In this document: positions 39,527 to 48,288 of the stretch, one piece after another | Numbering within the stretch: position 1 is the stretch's first letter | Layout: every line of letters begins with the position of its first letter | Assembly: GCA_937950415.1 (NCBI GenBank) | Contig: CALFDL010000227.1 | Span: 15,858 to 79,857, forward strand | DNA from: an uncultured Collinsella sp. | GTDB lineage: Bacteria; Actinomycetota; Coriobacteriia; Coriobacteriales; Coriobacteriaceae | DNA: 64,000 bases | Direction of reading: 5' to 3' | The notes under the pieces: generated by a model | The model's input: the letters and a program-made list of their open reading frames with translations, nothing else | Databases searched by the model: none | Told to the model about the DNA's origin: nothing | Program-made: the position numbers and the translations under genes

Positions 39527-40558
39527 CTACATGATACACCCAAGTGGCACGCCGGTGCAAAGCCAGACGAGCAGGAAAGGCCCCATGGGTACGCGGGTTT
39601 TAAGGGTGATCTCTTTCGCACGGTAGCGGGGGATGTAGTTGGCGAGCATGGCGATGCACATCGCGCCCATGCCGTATACCGTGCCGTGGAACCCGCATGC
39701 CGTCGCGATCGCGGGGACGAGCCTGCGGTCGCCGGCACCGACTGCATCGGCGCCGCCGGTGATGCGGAAAAGATGGTTGGTGATGGCGAAAATCGCATAG
39801 ATACCCACACCGCACAGCAGGTTGCCGATCAATCCGCTTACACCGCCGTGCCCGAACGCCGTGAGTACGGCGAGAGGGTACGTGGCGATAGACAGGCCGA
39901 AGGGCAGAACGCGTGAGCGCTGGTCGCACATCGCGCCGACTGCCGTGACGAGAATCGAGGTAATCCCGCCGAGAAGAAAGAGCAGCGGGGAGTGGAGGTT
40001 GCCGGTCATCCCGACATAGCAGGTCGCGGCGGTACCGAGGCCGACGGCAAGGGAAAGCATGGCAGAGGTCATCTTGGAGACCGGTGCGACGTATCGGGCA
40101 CGGTACTCCTCGACGGTCTCATAATCATCGAGATTCACGCCGTCTGGCATGCGGCTGCCCGTCTCGATAAGCGCCTCGACTTTCTCACGCATGAGTTCCT
40201 TGGTGCGGACGAGCCTCATGGCATCGAGCCACCAAATCGCAAGATCCCGTTCCTCACGTTTCTCGGCGCGTTTGCTCGGTTCGCGGTCGGGATTCTCCGC
40301 CTTGAACTTCTTGTAGACTTCAAGGTTCTCATCCCACCAGGAAAGGATCGCATCGCGCTTGCGACCGAGGATACGCCCGCTGATACAGGGGAGGGCGAGG
40401 GCGCACACGCAGCCCGTCAAGCCGCCTGCGGCGATAGCCGCGAGGGGCGATTTTGTGAGCATACCGATAGTAATGGTGAGGGTTTCGCTTGCAGCGAGGA
40501 CGGCGATAGGAGTCGCGTCATATGCCTCCCCACAAGAGGGCTTCATGGTTTCATTCAT
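39527..40558 (-). CDS. Prepilin peptidase (A24) carrying a helicase-associated-like domain
   Basis: CDQRSRVLP, VGAGDRRL and RVPMGPFL motifs; internal WWDENLEVYKKF...LAIWW...REKVEAL. Confidence 0.8.
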   Translation of the reverse strand: MNETMKPSCGEAYDATPIAVLAASETLTITIGMLTKSPLAAIAAGGLTGCVCALALPCISGRILGRKRDAILSWWDENLEVYKKFKAENPDREPSKRAEKREERDLAIWWLDAMRLVRTKELMREKVEALIETGSRMPDGVNLDDYETVEEYRARYVAPVSKMTSAMLSLAVGLGTAATCYVGMTGNLHSPLLFLLGGITSILVTAVGAMCDQRSRVLPFGLSIATYPLAVLTAFGHGGVSGLIGNLLCGVGIYAIFAITNHLFRITGGADAVGAGDRRLVPAIATACGFHGTVYGMGAMCIAMLANYIPRYRAKEITLKTRVPMGPFLLVWLCTGVPLGCIM

Positions 40559-40731
40559 AAACACGCACTTTCCTTTTGGTGTTTCTCTTGGGCTATTATA
40601 CCGACTTCGTCTCATAATTCAATGCGCAGATGTCACGAGATTATTATTTATTTTCTCCTCTCATCGGTTCCCTTCTTTGTCGGCATGAGCGGATATCAAT
40701 CCTATCGCAATAGGGACGGGGCGGGGTGAAG

Positions 40732-40745
40732 TGGTAGAATCTTAC
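40732..40745 (+). promoter_or_regulatory. TGGTAGAATCTTAC motif, copy 2
   Basis: About 40 nt upstream of the ardA ATG. Confidence 0.75.
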
Positions 40746-40784
40746 AAAAGCAATCCTACGGTTCATAGAGTAGAAGGGACGGCC

Positions 40785-41600
40785 ATGGAACAGGACTTCA
40801 CGAAAGGCCTGAGCGTATGCATCGGGAATTACGGTTACTACAACGAGGGCGAGCTCCACGATACGTGGATCACCTTGCCGAAGACGGAATCGGAGATTCG
40901 GGATTTTCTCCACCTCAACCGCCTGCAAGATCCGCTGCACGAGGAAATCTATATCTCTGATTATGATGGCGTCCCCTTCGGCACGAGGCTGCTCTTCAAC
41001 GAGTTTTGCCATCTCGAGGACTTGAACCTGCTTGCGAAGCAGCTCGTCACGGCAAACCCAGCCGATCTGGAGAAGGTGGGCGCATGGATTCAGGCGAATG
41101 ACACCCCTGAAAGTCTTGTTGGGCTTATGAATCTCATCGAGCAGGCCGACGATATCCCGTTTTACAGCTGGGGATACGATGGTGCTTACGACAAGGATGA
41201 GTTCGGTAATATGATCTATACCACGATGTCACCGGAGAAAAACTACGGGCACGAGATGGTTGAGCAGAATGAGGAGCTGAAGCGTATCCTTGACAGTTCG
41301 AGTCAGATTGAAAGCGCCTTTGACTATGAGAAATACGGGCGGGCTTACACCGAAGGTGGTGAAGTCACCGTTCTTGAGGACGGCTATATCGATAACTGCG
41401 CTGACGGACCGGACGAAGATTATTATGACCGTGACGAGTTGGTTTCCCTTATCGGCGACCGTTATGATGCGCAGTATCCTGCGGGCTCGTCCAAAACGGC
41501 GGACCGCAGCCTGGGACATAAACAGGAAGTCAGCCGCAATGCCTCCGAATTGCTCAATGACGGGAAACAGGCTATGGAGACTCCATCCCAGGAGCATTAA
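40785..41600 (+). CDS. ardA: Antirestriction protein ArdA
   Basis: IGNYGYYNEGEL...WITLP, EEIYISDYD, LEDLNLLA and FDYEKYGR motifs; highly acidic; tail DRSLGHKQEVSRNASELL. Confidence 0.9.
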   Translation: MEQDFTKGLSVCIGNYGYYNEGELHDTWITLPKTESEIRDFLHLNRLQDPLHEEIYISDYDGVPFGTRLLFNEFCHLEDLNLLAKQLVTANPADLEKVGAWIQANDTPESLVGLMNLIEQADDIPFYSWGYDGAYDKDEFGNMIYTTMSPEKNYGHEMVEQNEELKRILDSSSQIESAFDYEKYGRAYTEGGEVTVLEDGYIDNCADGPDEDYYDRDELVSLIGDRYDAQYPAGSSKTADRSLGHKQEVSRNASELLNDGKQAMETPSQEH

Positions 41601-41646
41601 CCGAAAACGGCATATGGAGCCATACCGAGAAAGTCCCTTGCACGGG

Positions 41647-42156
41647 TTAACGTGCGGGGGACTTTCCCTCTTTTGGAAGATCAATCTTTAAGCGTTCATC
41701 GTCGAGCCGGTGATGGGAGACCTTGCACTTCATGGCTTTGGAATTCAGGCCTTGTTGCATCTTGAATCCAACGGCATCGAGGATTTCCTGTTCCGTGCAC
41801 TGTGAGATATCGGATACGGCGGCGATCGTCGCGCCGCATCCCGGAAGTTCGAGTTGCTTGGGACCGGTGAGGAGTCGATGCCCGATCGGCCCTTTCCGGT
41901 CGATTTCGGTAACTTGGAGTGCGCCGTCCTGCCTGGTACTCCGTGTCAGAACCGAATAGTATTTGCTGGAGTCTCCGCAAAAACAGGCGAGATCGAGGCG
42001 ACCTGACAGGACGGCGTTGTAGACTTTCTCGCCGATTCCCCTATTTTGGAGATAGAGTTCTTTATACCTATCGTTTTTGGGGTTCTTAAGTCGAGCGATC
42101 GCGGCTTCGTGCAGGGAGGCCAGCCTGTAAGTTTGGATAACCGGACGAGCACTCAT
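41647..42156 (-). CDS. Hypothetical protein with the shared tail (paralog of 42153..42671)
   Basis: YYSVLTRS..QDGALQVT.ID.KGPIGH; tail GLNSKAMKCKVSHHRL. Confidence 0.75.
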   Translation of the reverse strand: MSARPVIQTYRLASLHEAAIARLKNPKNDRYKELYLQNRGIGEKVYNAVLSGRLDLACFCGDSSKYYSVLTRSTRQDGALQVTEIDRKGPIGHRLLTGPKQLELPGCGATIAAVSDISQCTEQEILDAVGFKMQQGLNSKAMKCKVSHHRLDDERLKIDLPKEGKSPAR

Positions 42157-42671
42157 CGGAAATCACGCCCATCAAAGTTTTCTAGCCCTTCGCGATTGCG
42201 CGCGGCTTCAAGCTGTTTGCTGCCCTCCCTGCCGATGGCGACCTTTTCCTTCAGGCTTCGATCGCCCTTCTGTGTGAATCCGATCGCCTGCAGGATGTCC
42301 CGTTCATTGCATTTCGAGATGTCGGGAACGGCGGCGAGGACGGCACCGTATCCCGGAAGATCGAGCATCTTCTGGTTCGTAAGCCGGCGATGCCCGATCG
42401 GTCCCTTGCTGTCGATATCCGTGAGCTGCAGGGAGCCTTCCTGTTTCGGGCTACGCGTAAGGATGGAGTAGTAGCGACCGTCTTCCGTTCCGCGGAAAGC
42501 TACGAGGTCAATTTTTCTATCAAGAATTGCGCTGTACAATCTGTCGCCGACTGCGCGGTTCTTTTCATACCATTCTTCAAACCTGGTATCTTCCAAATCG
42601 AAATACCCGGCGAGCGCCACCTCATCCAGGCGCAACAGCTCATACGTTTCGATTCCGCTTCGATTCATCAT
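42153..42671 (-). CDS. Hypothetical protein with the shared tail
   Basis: YYSILTRS..QEGSLQLT.ID.KGPIGH; tail DRSLKEKVAIGREGSKQL. Confidence 0.75.
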   Translation of the reverse strand: MMNRSGIETYELLRLDEVALAGYFDLEDTRFEEWYEKNRAVGDRLYSAILDRKIDLVAFRGTEDGRYYSILTRSPKQEGSLQLTDIDSKGPIGHRRLTNQKMLDLPGYGAVLAAVPDISKCNERDILQAIGFTQKGDRSLKEKVAIGREGSKQLEAARNREGLENFDGRDFR

Positions 42672-42770
42672 CGCACATCACCCGAAAGGCAGGAAGTGCC
42701 CTTTACTTTGTTTGCTTGTCTTAAGTTGTCACCGATCACGGTTAAATCCCCCATTTCTTTATTTTTCTTT

Positions 42771-42784
42771 GTAAGATTCTACCA
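42771..42784 (-). promoter_or_regulatory. TGGTAGAATCTTAC motif, copy 3
   Basis: Directly after a terminator (about 42794-42823) and upstream of 42671. Confidence 0.75.
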
Positions 42785-42851
42785 TCTCTCATCAAAAAAG
42801 GGGCACCCATAGCCGGATGCCCCAAAGAGAAGAGTGCCAGAAAAATCAATC

Positions 42852-42938
42852 AGCGAGCCCTGGCGAGCAGATCATAGGTGCCGTCAGGCACCGCATGAAT
42901 AGCGCATCGCCATGCGAATCGCTGGCATATCGATTCGG
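42852..42938. repeat. Structured intergenic element, copy 2
   Basis: 43/46 nt identical to 23961-24006; GGTGCC-GTCA-GGCACC and CGAATCG...CGATTCG hairpins. Confidence 0.8.
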
Positions 42939-42947
42939 CTTGCAGGT

Positions 42948-43427
42948 CTAGCCGACAAGCGGCCTATCGACCATAGCGGACAACTTGGCGTACAGATCCA
43001 GCTCGACGGAGATTGCCGTCTCACCGTAGGCGATGGCCTGGAACATGCGGTACCGCTTCAGCCCCAGGTCCTCCTCGACAGTCGCGCCGTCGGCCTCGAT
43101 CTTGTCATAGGCAGCCTTGATCGAGGGCATATCCTGATCCTCGTTATGGCTGATGTCGTTCTGCAGAAGATCTACGAGACCCTGCATGCTCATCGAATCG
43201 CCGCCCTGGCGATAGAGCAGGCAGACACACGCATCGAGAAGCATGGCGCGAGCCGTCGCGAAAAGGTCCCCGCTTTTCTTGATGACATCTGCATCCAAGC
43301 CATGTGAGATGCACCCCGCCAGCACCAAGGCGTCCTCCTGGCAGGAAATGAACGAAAACGGGTTATAGTTCATAGTCAAACCAACCGTAGTTTCCTCGCT
43401 CTTAACGGCTTCGGTCTTTTCTTCCAT
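42948..43427 (-). CDS. Stand-alone protein resembling the VirD4/TraG all-alpha domain
   Basis: YNPFSFI..EDALVLA...F..TARAMLL.A...LY...RY.MF..IA..ET..SV.....KL; no Walker motifs. Confidence 0.55.
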   Translation of the reverse strand: MEEKTEAVKSEETTVGLTMNYNPFSFISCQEDALVLAGCISHGLDADVIKKSGDLFATARAMLLDACVCLLYRQGGDSMSMQGLVDLLQNDISHNEDQDMPSIKAAYDKIEADGATVEEDLGLKRYRMFQAIAYGETAISVELDLYAKLSAMVDRPLVG

Positions 43428-43639
43428 AATGAAATTCCTTTCTATCGATCTCCGGCTTCTGCTTGGACATCATTTACTGACTGCATTGTGGTCAATTGTA
43501 TCAAACCGATCGCGGAAACCATCGGCTGTCGCATTAGTCAAAGTTCCACGGGTTACCGGTTACGATTCCGTTGACGCTATCCGAATAACCGAAATTGGTC
43601 CTGTCAGAAAGGCCATCGTTTAAAGTTGGGAGTCCCGAA

Positions 43640-45784
43640 CTAGCCTTTGTGTTTCTTCCCCTTGAACTCGGGGAATTGCATATCAAGCGACCAGGTCTCG
43701 CGATTCAATGTGAGATACGCGTCATAGGTTCCATCCCCGCTTTTCTTCTTGATTCCCTTGATGAGCGATGTCTTTCCTTTTTCGGCGATTTCCCTGCCAT
43801 TCTTGTCGGTGAGCTTCTTCGGCTTATCCTTTGGTCCGACAAAACGGTAGATGGAAAAATCGCAGGTTCCGTCCTGGGCGAAGACGGCTTTTCCATCTTT
43901 CTCGCCTTTCTTCTTGAAATGCACTCCGGCGCAGCGGAACTGATTTTTCGTCGCATAGAGGTCCTTGCCGCATTTCGGGCACTTGCCGATGACGATCGCG
44001 TTTCCGTCGCCTAGTTTCATACCGTCCAATGCACCGATGTTATCCTGCATTGCCTTCATATCGTGCACGACCATATCAGTGACGGTATTGATGACATCGG
44101 ACGGTTTGCGTGAAAACCGTCCCACCTCGTTCATGGATTCGAACAGCTTCTCGGTGACTTCCGATGAGGCGATCTGGCAATTTGACAGCAAGGCGTAAGA
44201 CACCTCGCCGCACTTCGTCATGGTGAGTGCGCCCTTGTTTTCCTTCATGAGGGCGCGTTCCTCATTGGCGGTGATTTCCGCAAGCGTGCTCGTCCTGGTG
44301 GCGCCTGTACCGACGTTATATTTCTCGAGCTTCTTCGTAAGCCATTTCATTGTCGGTTTTTGCGGGCGTTTGTTGGCTCCTTCGTGCACATACGGGGAGG
44401 CGACCTTACCGAACTCGCAGGCGTTCTCCGCCTCCTCCCCTTCCGATTTCTCGGTAGAAGAGGAGTCCGAATCGAAAATCGCCTTGAACCCCGGTTTGAT
44501 TGGGATCTGGGTCTGCCCGACATATTCGGGAAAGTCCCTTACATGGCCTTTGATCAGCTCATATTCATAATCTTCAGCGAGCATCGCTAGATAGTTCTTG
44601 GCAAGTACGGAATAGATCGCGGAACCGATTTTTCCGTAACCATTTTCAAGCTCGGCAAGGGATTCGGGAACATTGATTCCCGGTCTGTTCGCGCCGTGCG
44701 CCCCGCCTTCCTTGACATGTGTCTTCCTTGCGGCGCGATGGGAGAGCAGAGACGTATCCACACCGACCACGCTGGCAATCTTATCGACAAGCGGAAGCAA
44801 TTCGCCGAATTGTTCCGGCGTGACCTCCTTATCCTCGGTACGCGGGTAGCTTACGATCTGGTTTTCGTACATCTCCTGATATGTCTTCAGGACATTTGCC
44901 GGCTTGAACCCCTGCTTCGCGAGGATAGCGGACAGGCCGGCGAGGTCGAGGAGTTTTCCGGGAGCAGTGTGTTTCTTCCCCCTGGAATCCTCTACGACAG
45001 CGCTGTCGTGCAACTGCGAAAGGTCTACCTGATCGGGGCTATCGAACCGGATATCTTCGGGGTCGTCGGTCTTTCTGGCAAAGATGTTGCCGTTCTCATC
45101 TTTGAAACGCGCCTCGTAAAACGGCTTGCGGACATATTCGTTATAGGCTTTCAACTGGTCGCCGGTCAGTTTGACCATGACCGATTTCAACCGGCCCTGG
45201 CGTACGACCGTTCGGAACCCCTTTTTTCGCGCTACGAGTGTTGCCGCACGGGTGAACTGCATGCTCGCGAGATCCCAGCGCTCGCGGACGACTGCCTTCA
45301 CATAGTCGCCGTCCTTGTCCATAGATGGAAGGGTCTTGCGTTCCCTGAAAGCCTTCTGCACGCTTGCCGGCGCCTCGTCGGCAAAGTACATACGCTTGGT
45401 CGGACCTCTCCAACCGCATTTCTCCAAAGCCTCCCAGGCGAGCAGTTCGCCCTCGCCGGACGGGTCGACATCCGTTGCGATCACGACGCAATCGGCCTCT
45501 TTCAGCTCATCTTTAAGACCGGAAATGATGTCCTTGCATCCGCTTAGGATCCCCTTCTTCCATGCAAAATCGTTGAGATTCCACGGCAGATTTTCAAGAT
45601 CCCAACTCTTATAGAACTCGACCTTTTCAGTAGGAACCTGTTTATCGGGAGGCAACAGCCCCATAACGTGTCCGCGCAGATTGGTAATTTTATATTCAGT
45701 TCCGGCATAATTACCGGTTTTTCCACCCAATGCTTTTGCAAAATTTCGTGCAGCGCTAGGCTTCTCGGCAAGAATCAATTCCAT
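43640..45784 (-). CDS. Type IA DNA topoisomerase (TopB/TraE-like)
   Basis: LILAEKPS, ATDVDPSGEGE, SYPRTE (catalytic Tyr), GTGATRTS and a C-terminal CPKC zinc ribbon. Confidence 0.92.
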   Translation of the reverse strand: MELILAEKPSAARNFAKALGGKTGNYAGTEYKITNLRGHVMGLLPPDKQVPTEKVEFYKSWDLENLPWNLNDFAWKKGILSGCKDIISGLKDELKEADCVVIATDVDPSGEGELLAWEALEKCGWRGPTKRMYFADEAPASVQKAFRERKTLPSMDKDGDYVKAVVRERWDLASMQFTRAATLVARKKGFRTVVRQGRLKSVMVKLTGDQLKAYNEYVRKPFYEARFKDENGNIFARKTDDPEDIRFDSPDQVDLSQLHDSAVVEDSRGKKHTAPGKLLDLAGLSAILAKQGFKPANVLKTYQEMYENQIVSYPRTEDKEVTPEQFGELLPLVDKIASVVGVDTSLLSHRAARKTHVKEGGAHGANRPGINVPESLAELENGYGKIGSAIYSVLAKNYLAMLAEDYEYELIKGHVRDFPEYVGQTQIPIKPGFKAIFDSDSSSTEKSEGEEAENACEFGKVASPYVHEGANKRPQKPTMKWLTKKLEKYNVGTGATRTSTLAEITANEERALMKENKGALTMTKCGEVSYALLSNCQIASSEVTEKLFESMNEVGRFSRKPSDVINTVTDMVVHDMKAMQDNIGALDGMKLGDGNAIVIGKCPKCGKDLYATKNQFRCAGVHFKKKGEKDGKAVFAQDGTCDFSIYRFVGPKDKPKKLTDKNGREIAEKGKTSLIKGIKKKSGDGTYDAYLTLNRETWSLDMQFPEFKGKKHKG

Positions 45785-46015
45785 TATTGCTTTCCTTTCT
45801 AAAAGACTCTCACAACGATAACGTTTTAATGCTCAGTTTTGTCAAAGGAATCTATTTGCCGATCTGTTCGTTCGTTAGAAAGAGCTTTTGACGCCTGACG
45901 TAATTTTCGATAAACGAAGTCAGTAACGGAGATTTTAGAGAAGCAGCCTCTTTTAAAGCAGTTTCTTTAACAAGAGTAAGCGATGCAAATAAAGGCATAG
46001 GGACTCCAAAAAAAT

Positions 46016-46045
46016 AGGAAGATATACTTTAAAGTATATCTTCCT
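46016..46045. terminator. Perfect 30-bp palindrome over the AbiEi-like stop codon
   Basis: AGGAAGATATACTTT|AAAGTATATCTTCCT followed by a T tract on the minus strand. Confidence 0.6.
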
Positions 46046-46646
46046 CCAAATTATCTAGGAAATCCCATGTGTCATCATCTTCGCAAGGATAATATTGGAT
46101 ATTTCCGTCGCGACAGCCATGGTCTTTGTCGTATTGCTCTCTTAAAAGGTCAAGGGAACGTTTTGTTTTTTGTAAGTCCCGATATGTTTGAAGTTTGTCT
46201 GCAAGCGGAACCCTTCCCATCGACGACCTATCGATGGTTCTTGGTTTCTCATCTGTTTTGCTGTAATGAACGAAATCGATGCTTCCGTAACCCGTGTTAT
46301 ACCATTTTGACTTTCCTGTGGTCATATAGGTTACGACCGTGGGGATCTGTGAAATGAGGCTCCATGCTGAAGCAGAGGACTCAAGGCTTTCATAGAAGGA
46401 GTCATTTGGTCGGATTTTCTTACCAATCAAATCTAAAGTACCGAGTCCTCCGTATTGAGAAAAGCGAAAAACGTATACATTATGGTATGCACGATTCAAA
46501 ATGTTTTCTTTAATAAGTGACTTCAATGTTCCATTCAGTTTGCTGCCGGTTTCGTTGAAAAGCTCAGACAGCTCTTTTTTAGTGTAAACATGAGTAAATC
46601 GCCCATCATTGCGGGCAAGTTTTTTCATAGCGTCGATAGTACGCAT
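46029..46646 (-). CDS. Type IV TA AbiEi-like antitoxin (no AbiEii partner nearby)
   Basis: N-terminal wHTH, then YESLES..S..SLISQIP....MTTGKS....GYG.I.F.H; inverted repeat upstream at 46661-46688. Confidence 0.75.
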   Translation of the reverse strand: MRTIDAMKKLARNDGRFTHVYTKKELSELFNETGSKLNGTLKSLIKENILNRAYHNVYVFRFSQYGGLGTLDLIGKKIRPNDSFYESLESSASAWSLISQIPTVVTYMTTGKSKWYNTGYGSIDFVHYSKTDEKPRTIDRSSMGRVPLADKLQTYRDLQKTKRSLDLLREQYDKDHGCRDGNIQYYPCEDDDTWDFLDNLEEDIL

Positions 46647-46755
46647 CTTATCACCTGCTTTCAAAGTATGTTATATCATATACTTTGATTAAGTAAAACT
46701 CGTCTAACCGTAAAAGAGAAGCAGGAAGCCGACTGAAATCAGTTTCCTGCTTCTC

Positions 46756-47409
46756 TTAATTGTAGATTGATGTTTCAATTAAAAATTTCTGTAATTCAGA
46801 ATCATCCGCTGTCTCATAGAAGCGCTTGAGCTTTTCACCGAAGTCATGTTTACACTCTGGTGGAATCGCCAAGATTCCGCGCCCGTCAGCGATCAACATC
46901 TTGTTTGCTACGAGCTGTGCCGTTCGCTTATTTCCATCACTAAAAAGTTGGGAGCGACAAAGATAACCGAACATCTTAAGCGCCCGTTCTCTCCCAGGTT
47001 CCATATTCGCAATTTTTTCAATAGTGGCTTTTGCAGTATCGAAGTCCGGCATCTCCGGTTGCCAGGCGGTCCCACTGATACCTACTGGTATGTTACGAAT
47101 ACATCCAGCGTTATGAACAAGCGATGCACCCAAAATGGAATTTATTTTGGCAACAAACTCAAAATCTACAAGTGAGTTTAAATGCTCAAAGAGATAATTC
47201 CAAGCAAGTTTAAGATTGTAGACGGTAATTGTTCCGGTGACAGTCAATCCTTCAACGGTTTGGTTGTACTCAACGATTACTTTTGCTTGCGGGTATGTGA
47301 TATTGACACCTTCAATGATTGCCTCTTTCCAGATGCTATCCACAACATTTCTTTTTGCATAGAAGACATTGAATTCAACAGCTTTTTCAGCCTCAGCGAT
47401 TGTAGACAT
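46756..47409 (-). CDS. Fic/Doc-family protein (no tail)
   Basis: Non-canonical RSQLFSDGNKRTA motif. Confidence 0.85.
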   Translation of the reverse strand: MSTIAEAEKAVEFNVFYAKRNVVDSIWKEAIIEGVNITYPQAKVIVEYNQTVEGLTVTGTITVYNLKLAWNYLFEHLNSLVDFEFVAKINSILGASLVHNAGCIRNIPVGISGTAWQPEMPDFDTAKATIEKIANMEPGRERALKMFGYLCRSQLFSDGNKRTAQLVANKMLIADGRGILAIPPECKHDFGEKLKRFYETADDSELQKFLIETSIYN

Positions 47410-47453
47410 AGTATTTTTACCTCCGTAATATTATTATACCATGTCCATAACAT

Positions 47454-48263
47454 TCATTCAATATGCTCGGTGTGCGCTGTACGGTCAGCGTTTTGTGTCT
47501 TGCTAATGCCCACAGTATTGCTTCTTGTTTTCAACGCGTTGCTTCCAAGTGTGGCAGCTTTACACTTGACTTTTAAGTTCTGTGAAGATGGTACGGTACG
47601 ATCGAGTCCATAGATAGCTTCTTTAGTTAAAAAAGAAAAGAATTTATCCGGTTTGTTTGTTTCATAAAAGTCGAGTAGCAGAGTCTCAAAATTGTTAATT
47701 TGCTCTTTCGGAATCGCCAAGATGCCACAGCCGTCAGCAATCAGCATTTTATTTGCTATGAGTTGCGCTGTTCGCTTATTTCCATCACTAAAAAGTTGGG
47801 AGCGACAAAGATAACCGAACATCTTAAGCGCGCGTTCTCTCCCAGGTTCCATATTCGCAATTTTCTCGATAGCGGCTTTTGCAGTGTCGAAGTCTGGTAT
47901 TTCCGGTTGCCAGCTTGTTCCGCCAATATACACATCAAAATATCGCAGTTGTCCAGAATCGGGAACAAGATTGTTGCTAACGAGTTGATGTACCTGCCGT
48001 ACATATGACAAATCGATAGGCGCATCAATAAAATCAAATATGAATTGCCATCCATGTTTTAGATTGTTAATTACAGTTGTTTGGTCTTGCGTTAGGTTAG
48101 CAATTTTAGCACCTTCGAAAACCGCTTTTGTAGCAGGGAACGTGATATCGATTCCCTCGATATTTGCTTCTTTCCAAATACTGTCAACGATATTTCGCTT
48201 TGCATAGAAAATGTTATCCTCGATGGACATATGCTGACCGGGATACATGGAAGGTCCTTTCAA
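47454..48263 (-). CDS. Fic/Doc-family protein with the shared C-terminal tail
   Basis: RSQLFSDGNKRTA; tail QNLKVKCKAATLGSNAL. The start may instead be ATG 48248. Confidence 0.85.
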   Translation of the reverse strand: MKGPSMYPGQHMSIEDNIFYAKRNIVDSIWKEANIEGIDITFPATKAVFEGAKIANLTQDQTTVINNLKHGWQFIFDFIDAPIDLSYVRQVHQLVSNNLVPDSGQLRYFDVYIGGTSWQPEIPDFDTAKAAIEKIANMEPGRERALKMFGYLCRSQLFSDGNKRTAQLIANKMLIADGCGILAIPKEQINNFETLLLDFYETNKPDKFFSFLTKEAIYGLDRTVPSSQNLKVKCKAATLGSNALKTRSNTVGISKTQNADRTAHTEHIE

Positions 48264-48288
48264 TCAAAAATTTGTTCAGCCTTAATCT

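Noticed and set aside
46860..47915. Near-identical repeats as a possible DGR template/variable pair
   Set aside because: Both copies are in-frame parts of Fic paralogs, the differences are not obviously adenine-specific, and there is no reverse transcriptase in the window.
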